Shown: positions 28,540 to 38,335 of the stretch, one piece after another
How positions within the stretch are numbered: position 1 is the first letter of the stretch
How the letters are laid out: every line of letters starts with the position of its first letter
Origin: Acidobacteriota bacterium
Lineage (GTDB): Bacteria; Acidobacteriota; Terriglobia; Acidiferrales; UBA7541
Direction of reading: 5' to 3'
NCBI GenBank assembly: GCA_003166795.1
Contig: PMUS01000096.1
Location: 1,619 to 65,618 of the forward strand
Length of the DNA stretch: 64,000 bases
Notes under the pieces: model-generated
The model's input: only the letters and a program-made list of their open reading frames with translations
Told to the model about the DNA's origin: nothing
Database searches by the model: none
Made by a program: the position numbers and the translations under genes

Positions 28540-30402
28540 GTGATGAGAAAACCTGGATTCGGCGGGCGGTTCACCGGCCCCGCAGCGCGGAGCGGCCGCG
28601 GTAGTTCACTGCCCCACTTACTCGACACTCGCTGCCGAGTAGATTTCGAGCTAAGTTGTTCAAAACAAAGGACGGCGGACACAGTTACTCGACACAGAAA
28701 ACGAGCTAGCGTACTGCAAACTTCTGCCGTCTTTTTTCTACTTTCCGCCTTCGTCGCCACAGCCGCTTTTTCGCAATCGTCCCAGAAGCTCGTCGTCGCG
28801 CCCGATATTGCGGCAACGTTCGCGAAATTCAAGCCCGTCAAGATGCCCTTCGATTCGAGCCACCTGAGTGATCGCGAAAAGCAGATGGTCGCGAAACTTG
28901 TGGACGCCGCCGGCCTGCTCGATTGCATCTATTGGCGGCAAAGCGATCCTGAAGGACTGAAGCTTTTTGTCTCGCTCGCGAATAGCAACGACTCGCGGGA
29001 CCAGATGCTGCGCGAACTATTGAAAATAAACGGCGGACGCTATAACCAGATCAACAATGGTAAGCCTTTCGTCGGGACCGAGCCTGCACCACCCGGCCGC
29101 GGCCTCTTCCTTCCTCAAGAGACGCAAGAGCACCTGGATCAACTGATCAAGGATAAGAAGCTCGAAAAATCCGCCGTCTACTCGCCATATACGATCGAGC
29201 AGATTTGTCCGGGCGGCAAGGCAAGCGGTGCCTCCGTCCCCTGCTTCGTGCCCTACCATGTCAAATTCCAGGAATTCGTAGTGCCGATGGCGAAGGACCT
29301 CTACGATGCAGCCGATCTGAGCGACGATCCGGCATTTGCAAAGTTTCTGCGCCTTCGCGCCGGCGCGCTGCTTTCCGACGATTACTATCCAAGCGATCTC
29401 GCCTGGATGGATCTTGAGAACCCGAAATTCGACGTCGTCTTCGCGCCCTACGAGGTCTATCTCGACGGGCTGCTCGGCGTGAAGACTTCGTACGGCGCGG
29501 CCATCATGATTCGCAACGACGCGGAAAGCCAAAAGCTCGCCCTATTTCAGAAGTTCGTTCCGGAGCTGCAGGAATCTCTCCCGCTCGCGGCCGAGGATCT
29601 GCCTTCCGAGCGCGGAAAACACCAGCCGATGGAAGTGGTGGATGCAATCTACCGCGCGGGCGACCTGCTGCACGGCTATCAGCCCGTCGCCGACAATCTA
29701 CCGAACGATCCGCGCGTCCATCAGGAGAAAGGCTCCAAGAAAATCTTCTGGAAGAATTTCATGGATGCGCGCGTCAACTTCATCATTCTGCCGCTGGCCG
29801 GGCGCCTGATGCCGGCGGATCAAGCAAAAATGGTCACCGGCGAAGGCACGCTCGACTTCATAATCCTGCACGAAATTTCCCACGGCCTCGGCCCCACCTA
29901 CGTTCATGGATCGAACGGCAAAATGGGAATCGGCGAGGCCATCGGCCCGCGGTATTCCGCGCTGGAGGAATCGAAGGCCGACATCACGGGCATGACGTGC
30001 GTGAAATGGCTGGTGGATCACGGCGCGATCCCGAAGGAAAGACTGGACGGGATTTACGCATCATTCCTCGGCGAGACGTTCCGCACCATTCGCTTCGGGA
30101 TAGCCGAATCGCACGGCGCCGGCGCGATGATGGAGATCAGCTACCTCACGGAACAAGGCGCCATCCATCGCGATCCATCCACCGGACTCTACGCCGTGGA
30201 TTTTCAGAAAATGCCGGTGGGGATAGCTTCTCTCGCGAAAGAATTGCTCGAACAGGAAGCAACCGGCGACCGCGCGCGCACCGAGAATTGGTTCAAGAAA
30301 TACGCCGTGATGCCGCCGGAGCTCGCCGCGGCCCTCGCGAAGGGTTCCGACATCCCCGTGGACGTGGACCCAGAGTTCGACTTCCATCCGCCGGTTCGCT
30401 AG
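28540..30402 (+). CDS. M49-like zinc peptidase with HExxH variant motif
   Basis: ILHEISHGLGP and EESKADITGM are present. A hydrophobic signal/anchor VLQTSAVFFLLSAFVATAAFSQ appears only after about 57 residues. The 5' end is uncertain (see findings). Confidence 0.75.
   Translation: MMRKPGFGGRFTGPAARSGRGSSLPHLLDTRCRVDFELSCSKQRTADTVTRHRKRASVLQTSAVFFLLSAFVATAAFSQSSQKLVVAPDIAATFAKFKPVKMPFDSSHLSDREKQMVAKLVDAAGLLDCIYWRQSDPEGLKLFVSLANSNDSRDQMLRELLKINGGRYNQINNGKPFVGTEPAPPGRGLFLPQETQEHLDQLIKDKKLEKSAVYSPYTIEQICPGGKASGASVPCFVPYHVKFQEFVVPMAKDLYDAADLSDDPAFAKFLRLRAGALLSDDYYPSDLAWMDLENPKFDVVFAPYEVYLDGLLGVKTSYGAAIMIRNDAESQKLALFQKFVPELQESLPLAAEDLPSERGKHQPMEVVDAIYRAGDLLHGYQPVADNLPNDPRVHQEKGSKKIFWKNFMDARVNFIILPLAGRLMPADQAKMVTGEGTLDFIILHEISHGLGPTYVHGSNGKMGIGEAIGPRYSALEESKADITGMTCVKWLVDHGAIPKERLDGIYASFLGETFRTIRFGIAESHGAGAMMEISYLTEQGAIHRDPSTGLYAVDFQKMPVGIASLAKELLEQEATGDRARTENWFKKYAVMPPELAAALAKGSDIPVDVDPEFDFHPPVR
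28618..28695 (+). repeat. paired GACAC-anchor repeat unit (inside the annotated 5' end of the CDS)
   Basis: TTACTCGACAC occurs at 28618 and 28685 (67 nt apart). The interior tagatttc...ttcaaaacaaagga is homologous to the units at 5177 and 63449. Confidence 0.75.
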
Positions 30403-30425
30403 TTTTCGAAGGCTCGCAAACGCTC

Positions 30426-30454
30426 GTCATTCCGAGCGCAGCGAGGAATCTCTC
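30426..30454. repeat. CCGAGCG...GAGGAATCTCTC element (copy B, no insert)
   Basis: gtcattccgagcgcagcgaggaatctctc lies directly downstream of the stop of the 28540-30402 gene. Confidence 0.6.
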
Positions 30455-30464
30455 TTGCATTTTG

Positions 30465-30707
30465 TTACAGCACGGATTGAATGTCGTCGTCGATGGAGAT
30501 ATGCGTCTGCGGAAATCCGTTGATCGCGTAATTCGCGCCGGCCGCGCACTGGAAGTGAATGAAGCGGCTGATGTGGTAGTCCTCGTCGAACTGGCCGAAC
30601 GTGCGCTCGATTTCCTCGCGCGACAGCCCCAGCGATGCAAGCGCCGCGGCCTTCCCGTAGCCGCCCGCGACCGCCAGATACTTATCAACCACTTCGCGCA
30701 ACGTCAT
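30465..30707 (-). CDS. hypothetical protein (80 aa)
   Basis: Third-position GC is about 85% across the ORF, which strongly suggests coding sequence. No family recognised. Confidence 0.65.
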   Translation of the reverse strand: MTLREVVDKYLAVAGGYGKAAALASLGLSREEIERTFGQFDEDYHISRFIHFQCAAGANYAINGFPQTHISIDDDIQSVL

Positions 30708-30813
30708 CGCCCGTCTCCGGCCCAGCCCGCCAATATCAGGCGTATCGTATCAGATCGGTCGCCAGATTTCCGCGTACGCCGCTTTTCGGCAGCGAGCAAT
30801 TTTCAACTCTGTT

Positions 30814-31251
30814 TCAGCGCGACCCTAGTAGGAGAAACAGAAATAAGACGAAGGCCGCGATGCTCAGGACGCTGCGGACCGCATGCAGGCGGCCCCAGCG
30901 TTGCAAAAGATGTCCGGCTTCTTCGGAACCCAAGTCGAGTTCCCGGCTTTCCAGTCGTTTGTTGATCGGCCGAATTACGATCAGGGTAAACGGAATGATG
31001 AACAGCAGAAGTAGCCCGCCGACGAGCCAACCGTAACGCCGGTCAAACCACCACGATGCGATCGCCGCAACAGAGCCGATCGCAGCGAGCGGAGCTTGCA
31101 TGGCGGCGCCTCGATTGTAGCTGGGCCTCCACTGCGTCACCGCCAGCTCGACGCCGCAGGAAAGCCTCGCGGGTTGCTCAACGACGTTGACGTACAGGGC
31201 GGCGCCGGCAAAGATGCCTGAGGCGAGCGCGGCAATTATCTCCGGAACCAC
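30814..31251 (-). CDS. DUF1772 (anthrone oxygenase-like) membrane protein
   Basis: 145 aa with four hydrophobic segments. FAGAALYVNVVEQPAR and the PINKRL pattern are typical of DUF1772. Confidence 0.7.
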   Translation of the reverse strand: MVPEIIAALASGIFAGAALYVNVVEQPARLSCGVELAVTQWRPSYNRGAAMQAPLAAIGSVAAIASWWFDRRYGWLVGGLLLLFIIPFTLIVIRPINKRLESRELDLGSEEAGHLLQRWGRLHAVRSVLSIAAFVLFLFLLLGSR

Positions 31252-31391
31252 GCCTCAGTATATGCCTGGGTGCGCTTCTCCCGAACTGGTCTTCCGCTTC
31301 GATCCGCGCGACCGAGCCTGACTCTTCCACAACCGGCTGCCAGATATTCAAACCAGATTACTGCGTCTTTTCTGCGACACGGTACACGGTC

Positions 31392-31421
31392 TTGCGTTTC
31401 CGGGGCCTCGAAGCTTATACT
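31392..31421 (+). promoter_or_regulatory. sigma-70-like promoter candidate upstream of rimP
   Basis: TTGCGT (31392-31397), an 18-nt spacer, then TATACT (31416-31421). Confidence 0.45.
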
Positions 31422-31450
31422 GGTGCGCTTCCAGATAGGTCGCACAAACC

Positions 31451-31474
31451 GGTGGGCGCGAGCCCACTTTTTTG
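31451..31474 (+). terminator. intrinsic terminator/attenuator in the rimP-nusA leader
   Basis: The hairpin GTGGGC-gcga-GCCCAC is followed by TTTTTTG. It lies about 30 nt after the candidate promoter and 67 nt before the rimP ATG. Confidence 0.6.
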
Positions 31475-31540
31475 TTGGCCGGGCGATGTGGAAAGGGCGC
31501 GGGAGTCTCTGGCGGGGATAAATGCCGCCCTTAGAAGAGC

Positions 31541-32026
31541 ATGGACCTCGATCGGATTCGAGAGGCGGCGGATCGGGTGGCCCGTTCGTTGGGGCTGGAG
31601 ATCTTCGACGTCGAATGGAAGGTGGGCAAGGAGCGATTCCTGCGGGTCTATATTGACCGCCTGCCGGACGCGGCCAACCCCGGCATTTTGGGGAATGGCC
31701 CGGGTGTCACTCATAAGGATTGCGAGCGAGTCAGCGAACAGTTGAGCGTGATTTTGGATGTAGAAGACCTGGTACCGGGACCGAGCTATACGCTGGAAAT
31801 AAGTTCGCCGGGCCTCGATCGGAAATTGATCAGGCCGGGCGACTACGAACGGTTCACGGGACGGCTGGCGAATATTTGGCTGAACGAACCGGTGGAGAAC
31901 CAAAAGTATTTTCAGGGCCGGCTGGCGGGTTACGCGGACGGGATCGTGAAGGTGACGGTGCGCGATCGGGAAGTCGCGGTGCCGTACGCCGGGATTCGCA
32001 AAGCGAATCTGGTGGTGGAGCTGTGA
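31541..32026 (+). CDS. rimP: ribosome maturation factor RimP
   Basis: 161 aa. LGLEIFDVEWKVGKERFLRVYID and LEISSPGLDRKL are RimP blocks, and the gene sits directly upstream of nusA. Confidence 0.9.
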   Translation: MDLDRIREAADRVARSLGLEIFDVEWKVGKERFLRVYIDRLPDAANPGILGNGPGVTHKDCERVSEQLSVILDVEDLVPGPSYTLEISSPGLDRKLIRPGDYERFTGRLANIWLNEPVENQKYFQGRLAGYADGIVKVTVRDREVAVPYAGIRKANLVVEL

Positions 32027-32051
32027 CGGGTGGGAGCGAGGAGAAACAAGG

Positions 32052-33623
32052 ATGGCGAGTCTGCTGTACCAGACAATCGAGCAGATCAGCCGGGAGAAGC
32101 ACATCGAACCGGAGATCATCGTTGCGGCCATTGAGGACGCGATGGTCGTGGCGGCGCGGAAATATTACCGCACCGAGGAAGATCTCCGTTCGAAGTTCAA
32201 TGCGGAGAGCGGCCAGATAGACGTGTTTTCGGTGCACACGGTCGTGGAAGAAGTCGCGGATCCATTGCGCGAGATTTCGCTCGCCGACGCCCGCAAGCAG
32301 AATCCAAGCATTGAAGTGGGCGGCGAAGTGACCGCGGTGAAGCCGACCGACGTGCTGGGAAGAATCGCGGCGCAAACCGCCAAGCAGGTGATCCTGCAGA
32401 AGGTGCGCGAAGCGGAGCGCGATACGATCTACAACGAATTCCACACGCGCGTAGGCGAGCTGATCAATAGCGTGGTGAAGCGCATGGAAGGCCCGGACCT
32501 GATCGTGGACCTCGGGCGGACGGAAGCGCGCCTGCCGAAGCGCGAACAATCGCGGCTGGAAGCCTACAACGTGGGAGACCGCCTGCGCGTGACGATTCGC
32601 GCGGTCGAGCGCGCCGCCAAGGGCCCGCAAGTAATCGTTTCGCGCGCAGATCCCGCCTTGGTGCAGCGCCTGTTCGAAATGGAAGTGCCGGAAATTTACG
32701 ACGGCACGGTGCAGATTCGCGCAGTGGCGCGCGAGGCGGGCGAGCGCACGAAAATCGGCGTCGAAAGCCGCGACAAGGATGTGGATCCGGTGGGCGCGTG
32801 CGTGGGCATGAAGGGCATGCGCGTGCAGTCCATCATCCGCGAGCTGCGCGGCGAGAAAATCGACATCATTCCGTGGAGCGAAGAGACGATCGCATTCGCG
32901 CAAAAGGCGCTGAGCCCCGCGAAAGTGACGCGTGTGCAGATCATTGACGCCGAAGAAAAGCGCCTGGAAGTGATCGTCGAGGATACGCAACTGTCGCTCG
33001 CCATCGGCAAGAAGGGTCAGAACGTGCGGCTGGCCAGCAAGCTGATCGGCTGGAACGTGGATATCAAGAGCGAAGAGGAAAAGCGCCGCGAGATCGAAGC
33101 GCAGATGGCCGCTCTTACCGCGCCGGGTACGCCTCTTACGGAACTTGCGGGCGTGGGACCGAAGACGATCGAAAAGCTCGAAGCGGCCGGGATTACGTCG
33201 GTCGAGAAGCTCGCCGATATGACGCCGGAACAGCTCGTCGAGATTCCGGGCATCGGCGAGAAAATGGTGGAGAAGATTCACCAGTCCGTCGCCGCGTACT
33301 TTGAAGCGCTGGAATCGCAGGCGACGGCGCCGATCGAACCTTCGACCGAAGACGAGGCGGCTGCCGAGAGCGTGGCGACGGATCCCGAAGCGACGGAAAC
33401 AACCGAGCCAACCGAGCTAACCGAAGCGGGCTCGACGGAAGCAAGCGAGGCATCGTCGAGCGAGGCTTCAGCAAGCGAGGCGTCCTCAGGCGACGTATTG
33501 CCAGGCGAGGCGGAGACGGCAAGCGCAGAAGAGACTCCGGAAGATGAAGAAACGACTCCGGAGGACAAGTCGGCTGCAGCTGTAGTGGACGAAAGCGCGG
33601 AGAAGCAGGAAAAGTCTGAGTAG
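32052..33623 (+). CDS. nusA: transcription termination/antitermination factor NusA (with long acidic C-terminal tail)
   Basis: It has an N-terminal domain, S1, two KH domains (GVESRDKDVDPVGACVGMKGMRVQSI; QLSLAIGKKGQNVRLASKL), HhH repeats, and an E/S/T/A-rich tail. Confidence 0.95.
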   Translation: MASLLYQTIEQISREKHIEPEIIVAAIEDAMVVAARKYYRTEEDLRSKFNAESGQIDVFSVHTVVEEVADPLREISLADARKQNPSIEVGGEVTAVKPTDVLGRIAAQTAKQVILQKVREAERDTIYNEFHTRVGELINSVVKRMEGPDLIVDLGRTEARLPKREQSRLEAYNVGDRLRVTIRAVERAAKGPQVIVSRADPALVQRLFEMEVPEIYDGTVQIRAVAREAGERTKIGVESRDKDVDPVGACVGMKGMRVQSIIRELRGEKIDIIPWSEETIAFAQKALSPAKVTRVQIIDAEEKRLEVIVEDTQLSLAIGKKGQNVRLASKLIGWNVDIKSEEEKRREIEAQMAALTAPGTPLTELAGVGPKTIEKLEAAGITSVEKLADMTPEQLVEIPGIGEKMVEKIHQSVAAYFEALESQATAPIEPSTEDEAAAESVATDPEATETTEPTELTEAGSTEASEASSSEASASEASSGDVLPGEAETASAEETPEDEETTPEDKSAAAVVDESAEKQEKSE

Positions 33624-33651
33624 CGTAGCAAGTTCCGAAAGACAGAGGCTG

Positions 33652-36498
33652 ATGGTAGATTCCAAGCAAGTCCGACTGAACGAACTGGCGCGAGAACTTG
33701 AGATCAAGGCCAAGGTGCTGATCGACTACCTGCCTGAGATCGGCGTCAAAGAGAAGAAGACGCACTCGAGTTCGATTGATATCGAGCACGCCGAGCTGGC
33801 ACGAAAACATTTCCTTGGTCTGGCAGAGGCGGAAGTAGCGGCGGAAGCCGCGAAGACCGCGGCGGCCAAAGCAAAGACCGCGCGTCCGGCGCCTGCAGCT
33901 GCTCCGGCACCGGCCCCCGTAGCGGCCCCACCGAAACCGGCCGGGCCGGCGGCTGTACCACTTCGCGGAGCGCCTGTGGCCCCGGCCGCTCCCGTGCGAG
34001 CGCCAGCGGGAGCGGCCGCCGCGCCCGCGGCTGCTTCACCTAGTGGCGTTCCGGTGCGACCCGCTGCAACTCCGTCCGCGCCTCTTGCGGCAGCTGGACA
34101 TCCGACTTCGCATCCGACCGCAGCCAGGCCCGGCGTCGCTCCCGGAGCGACTGCGCCGAGACCCGGCGCGTCTCCGGCGCAACGCCCAGCGGCGGCGAGT
34201 CCCGCTGCAGGTAGTTCGACAGGTGCGCCCGGAGCTCCACGTCCGCCAGGCGCGCCGCCAACAGGCCAGAGATTCCCTGCGCGCCCAGGCCAGTCGGGCC
34301 CTTACCAAAATCGCCCCGGCGCTCCCCAGGGAATGCGCCCCGCGGCAGCGCCAGGCCAAATTCGGCCCAGCGGTCCACCGAGACCGGGTGGCCCACCTCG
34401 TCCCGGCGGCCCTCCATCGAGATTTCCACCCCGGCCAGGAGGCGGAGGACGTCCCGGAAACGAACCCATTGGCAGCCAGCGGCCCGGGGCCACAGGCGGA
34501 GTTCCGAAAGCTGAGCCTGGAAAGCCCCTGTATGCACGTAAGCCTCCCCCGTCGCGCGGGCGGCCGACAATCGAAAAGCGATATGCGGAAGGTGAGCGCA
34601 GGCTTCACCCAGTGCGAACACGCGCCGGAGTGGGCGCAGGCCGCGCCGCGCACGTAGAGCCCGTCGCGCCGGTCCAGCGAGAGCCGCGTGCGGTGACCGT
34701 CACCGAAGGAATCACGGTTCGCGAGCTCGCCGAGAAGCTCGATATCCGCGCCAAGGAATTGCTGAAGACTTTGCTCGATAAGGGCGTTTTCGCGAGCATT
34801 AACCAGGCGCTCGACGTGCAGACTGCGACCAGTCTCGCTGAATCGTTCAATGGAATCGTGCAGGTGGTGACGTACGAAGAGCAGCTTGTCGAGGAAGAAA
34901 AGATCGAGGAGGGGCGCACCGGAAATCTGCTGCCTCGCGCCCCGGTTGTCACCGTGATGGGGCACGTAGATCACGGCAAGACCAGTTTGCTCGACGCCAT
35001 TCGCGAAACCGAAGTCGCCGCCGGAGAAGCCGGCGGGATCACGCAACACATTGGGGCGTACGAAGTGCACGCGGGCGATCGCCGCATCGTGTTTATTGAC
35101 ACACCGGGCCACGAAGCGTTCACGCGCATGCGCGCGCGCGGCGCGAAAGTGACCGACATCGTGGTGCTGGTGGTGGGCGCGGACGACGGCGTGATGCCGC
35201 AGACCGAAGAAGCGATCGCGCACGCGAAAGCCGCGAACGTTCAGATCGTCGTGGCCATCAACAAGATTGACAAGCCGAACGCCGAGCCCGAAAAAGTGAA
35301 ACGCCAGCTCGCCGACCGCGGCCTGATGCCCGAGGAGTGGGGCGGCACGACCGTAACGGTGGAAGTCTCGGCCAAAACGAAAAAGAATTTACCGCGTTTG
35401 TTGGAGATGATTTTGCTCGTGGCCGATTTACTCGAGCTAAAGGCTGATCCCGATGCCCCGGGAAGCGGTACGGTGCTGGAATCGCGCATGGACAAGGGCC
35501 GCGGCCCAGTCGCCACAGTGCTCGTGCAAAACGGCACGCTCAACGTCGGAGACGTCTTCATCGTTGGCGCCGTGTACGGCAAGGTCCGCGCGATGTTCGA
35601 CGATCGCGGCCATTCAATCTTGAAAGCGGTGCCTTCCACGCCGGTTGAGGTTCTCGGTTTGCAGGGCGTGCCCGAAGCGGGCGATCAGTTCCAGGTGGCG
35701 GACGAAGCGAAGGCGCGGCACATCGTCGAATACCGCCAGGCAAAACAGCGCGAGGCCGCGCTCGCCAAGACAGCTTCCTCCGGGCGCCTTACTCTCGATC
35801 AGCTGCACGCGCAGTTGCGCGCCGGCGAGGTGAAAGAACTGGCCGTGGTTGTGAAGGCGGACGTGCAGGGCTCGGTCGAAGTACTGAACGAGATGCTCCC
35901 GAAGCTTTCTAACGACCAGGTGACGCTAAAGGTGATGCAGGCCAGCGTGGGCGCAGTGACGGAATCCGACGTGATTCTCGCGTCCGCTTCGAACGCCGTG
36001 GTTATTGCGTTCAACGTGCGGCCGGAGCGAAAGGCTTCCGAGCTGGCGCAGCGCGAGGGCGTGGAAATCCGCCTGCACACGATTATCTACGAATTGCTCG
36101 ACGAGCTGCGCAAGGCCGTGGCCGGATTGCTCGCGCCGGTGATCAAGGAAGTGTATCTGGGACGCGCCGAAGTCCGCGACACGTTCCGCGTGAAGGGCTC
36201 CGGAGTAATCGCGGGCTGCTCGGTGCAGGATGGAATCATCAAGCGCAACGCGGACGTGCGGGTACTGCGCGACGGCGCGGTGGTCTACACCGGGCAAGTA
36301 AGCTCGCTGCGAAGATTCAAGGAAGACGCGGGCGAAGTGCGCGCGGGATTCGAGTGCGGCGTGGGAGTTTCGAATTTCAACGACGTGAAAGTGGGCGACA
36401 TCCTCGAATGCTTCAAGATCGAGAAGTCGTCGCCGCTCGAGGCCGTCGTGGTGCCCGACCGCGGGCGACCGGAAGCCGCTGAAGCGCGGCGCAACTGA
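33652..36498 (+). CDS. infB: translation initiation factor IF-2
   Basis: 948 aa with a Pro/Ala-rich N-terminal region. The G domain carries [22 protein letters not shown] and NKID. Confidence 0.97.
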   Translation: MVDSKQVRLNELARELEIKAKVLIDYLPEIGVKEKKTHSSSIDIEHAELARKHFLGLAEAEVAAEAAKTAAAKAKTARPAPAAAPAPAPVAAPPKPAGPAAVPLRGAPVAPAAPVRAPAGAAAAPAAASPSGVPVRPAATPSAPLAAAGHPTSHPTAARPGVAPGATAPRPGASPAQRPAAASPAAGSSTGAPGAPRPPGAPPTGQRFPARPGQSGPYQNRPGAPQGMRPAAAPGQIRPSGPPRPGGPPRPGGPPSRFPPRPGGGGRPGNEPIGSQRPGATGGVPKAEPGKPLYARKPPPSRGRPTIEKRYAEGERRLHPVRTRAGVGAGRAAHVEPVAPVQREPRAVTVTEGITVRELAEKLDIRAKELLKTLLDKGVFASINQALDVQTATSLAESFNGIVQVVTYEEQLVEEEKIEEGRTGNLLPRAPVVTVMGHVDHGKTSLLDAIRETEVAAGEAGGITQHIGAYEVHAGDRRIVFIDTPGHEAFTRMRARGAKVTDIVVLVVGADDGVMPQTEEAIAHAKAANVQIVVAINKIDKPNAEPEKVKRQLADRGLMPEEWGGTTVTVEVSAKTKKNLPRLLEMILLVADLLELKADPDAPGSGTVLESRMDKGRGPVATVLVQNGTLNVGDVFIVGAVYGKVRAMFDDRGHSILKAVPSTPVEVLGLQGVPEAGDQFQVADEAKARHIVEYRQAKQREAALAKTASSGRLTLDQLHAQLRAGEVKELAVVVKADVQGSVEVLNEMLPKLSNDQVTLKVMQASVGAVTESDVILASASNAVVIAFNVRPERKASELAQREGVEIRLHTIIYELLDELRKAVAGLLAPVIKEVYLGRAEVRDTFRVKGSGVIAGCSVQDGIIKRNADVRVLRDGAVVYTGQVSSLRRFKEDAGEVRAGFECGVGVSNFNDVKVGDILECFKIEKSSPLEAVVVPDRGRPEAAEARRN

Positions 36499-36544
36499 GA
36501 TCGTACCGATTTAATCGTCTCCGCTGGGTTTCGATGGGGCGCGC

Positions 36545-36838
36545 ATGCCGATCGGCCTCCTCACTCTGGAAATTCACATCCCCGATGCGCGGTCGCTGAA
36601 GGATAAGCGGCAGGTGCTGCGCAGCCTGAAAGACAGCTTGCGCGCCCACTTCAACGTGGCCGTCGCCGAGCTGGAGCATCAGGAACTGTGGCAGCGGTCG
36701 CGCGTGGGAGTGGTGAGCATTTCAGGCGACGGAAAACATCTGGAAGAGTCGCTGCAGGCGATTGCCGAGGAATCCGAGCGCTTGCTCGGGCGCGATCTGG
36801 TGTCGCGCGAAATTGAGTACTTCGAGGATGAATCATGA
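36545..36838 (+). CDS. DUF503 domain protein (YlxP-like)
   Basis: 97 aa. LTLEIHIPDARSLKDKRQVLRSLKD matches the family, and the gene holds the conserved position between infB and rbfA. Confidence 0.85.
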   Translation: MPIGLLTLEIHIPDARSLKDKRQVLRSLKDSLRAHFNVAVAELEHQELWQRSRVGVVSISGDGKHLEESLQAIAEESERLLGRDLVSREIEYFEDES

Positions 36839-37197
36839 CGGTCGGGGGATTCCGCCCGGAACGGATTGCCGAAGAAATCCGGAACGAAGTGATGCTGATG
36901 CTCGCGGGAGAATTGAAGGACCCGCGCCTGGCCGTGCCTCTGATCGTCACGGAGGTGCGCGTGGCGCCGGGCATGCGCACGGTGCGCGTGTTCATTCAAC
37001 TCGAGGGCGATAAGAAGGAGCGCGCGGAGGCGCTGGCAGGATTGAAGGCTGCCTCGAAATATGTCCGCCACGAATTGGTCGAACGGCTGCGGCTGAGGCG
37101 CGCGCCCGACGTGCTGTTTTTTCCCGACGACTCGGAAGAATACGGCCACCACATTGACGAGCTGTTGCGAAAAGTGAGCCACCCGGAGAAATCGTAG
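36835..37197 (+). CDS. rbfA: ribosome-binding factor A
   Basis: 120 aa. RIAEEIRNEV...LKDPRL...ITEVRV is the RbfA pattern. There is a 4-nt ATGA overlap with the upstream gene. Confidence 0.9.
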   Translation: MTVGGFRPERIAEEIRNEVMLMLAGELKDPRLAVPLIVTEVRVAPGMRTVRVFIQLEGDKKERAEALAGLKAASKYVRHELVERLRLRRAPDVLFFPDDSEEYGHHIDELLRKVSHPEKS

Positions 37198-37251
37198 CGG
37201 GGCGCGCAGCCCTTGCAGTTGACCGGCTCGAATCCGGCGCTACGAAGCGAA

Positions 37252-38226
37252 ATGCCGCGAACCCCACAACCTGCGTCCATTGACGGAATTCTTGTCGTTT
37301 ACAAGCCACGCGGGAAAACCTCGCACGACGTGGTGGAAACCGTGCGCCGCATGGTTGGCTTTCGCCAGATCGGCCATCTCGGCACGCTCGATCCGCTGGC
37401 GACCGGCGTGCTCGTGCTCGCTCTGGGGCGGGCCACGCGGCTCGCGCGCTTCTACGGCGGCCGTCGAAAACGATACACCTGCTCGGTGCGCTTCGGATTC
37501 GCGACGGACACATACGACGCCGATGGAGACGCGCTCAGCGAAGATGCCGCGCCGTCGCTTGATGCGGAGGCGATTCAGGCGCTCGCCGACGGTTTCGTCG
37601 GGAAAATTCAGCAGATGCCGCCTTCGTTTTCGGCGAAGAAAATCCACGGGCGTCCCGCGCACGAACTCGCGCGAAAACACAAGCCGGTGAAGCTCGATTC
37701 CGTCGAGGTGGAAGTGAACGAATTCCGGCTCACGAGTGTGGAAGGATCCGCCGCGCGCTTTACGGTGGAATGCGGGTCGGGCACGTACATTCGATCGCTC
37801 GCGCACGACCTGGGAAAGTTGCAAGGAACGGGCGCGCACCTCGCGGAGATCGTCCGCACCGCCGTGGGTGAGTTCACTCTCGATCATGCCGTCACGCTCG
37901 CGGAGCTGGCCGAGGACGCGAAGGCCGGAAAGCTGGATGCGCGCGTGATTCGACTGGAAAACATGCTGCCGGAATTGCCAAGAGCCGTGGTGCTGCCAAT
38001 CGTGGAGAAGCGCGTGCGGCACGGCGCGAAATTCAATCTTCCGCTCGCTCAAATTCAACCGGGCCGCACGATCGCAGCCCAAGGAGCGCCCGCGCGACTG
38101 GATTCCGGCGAATGGCAGCCGTCGCGGCTACGCGTATTCAACCAGCAGGGACAGTTGATCGCAATCGCGGAGCCCGTCGTGCCCCGCACGTACCAGCCGG
38201 TGGTTGTCCTCGAAGCCACGCCATAG
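37252..38226 (+). CDS. truB: tRNA pseudouridine(55) synthase TruB
   Basis: GILVVYKPRGKTSHDVV and GHLGTLDPLATGVLVLALGRATRL (catalytic Asp) are present. The start is at ATG 37252 rather than the upstream TTG. Confidence 0.92.
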   Translation: MPRTPQPASIDGILVVYKPRGKTSHDVVETVRRMVGFRQIGHLGTLDPLATGVLVLALGRATRLARFYGGRRKRYTCSVRFGFATDTYDADGDALSEDAAPSLDAEAIQALADGFVGKIQQMPPSFSAKKIHGRPAHELARKHKPVKLDSVEVEVNEFRLTSVEGSAARFTVECGSGTYIRSLAHDLGKLQGTGAHLAEIVRTAVGEFTLDHAVTLAELAEDAKAGKLDARVIRLENMLPELPRAVVLPIVEKRVRHGAKFNLPLAQIQPGRTIAAQGAPARLDSGEWQPSRLRVFNQQGQLIAIAEPVVPRTYQPVVVLEATP

Positions 38227-38335
38227 CCACATTCCGCAATTTTTGAGTGCGAGGTGGGCGCAGGAAGCAGCGCCCCTACGGCCGAACACCCGCGCCTCGC
38301 GTGGCTCCTCCGTGCTGATGCTTGGCCAACAGCGC

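Noticed and set aside
31854-33281. 475-aa ORF antisense to nusA (and the similar 34036-35223 opposite infB)
   Set aside because: These are shadow ORFs of highly conserved genes. I saw no recognisable motifs, and their composition is typical of antisense GC-rich frames.
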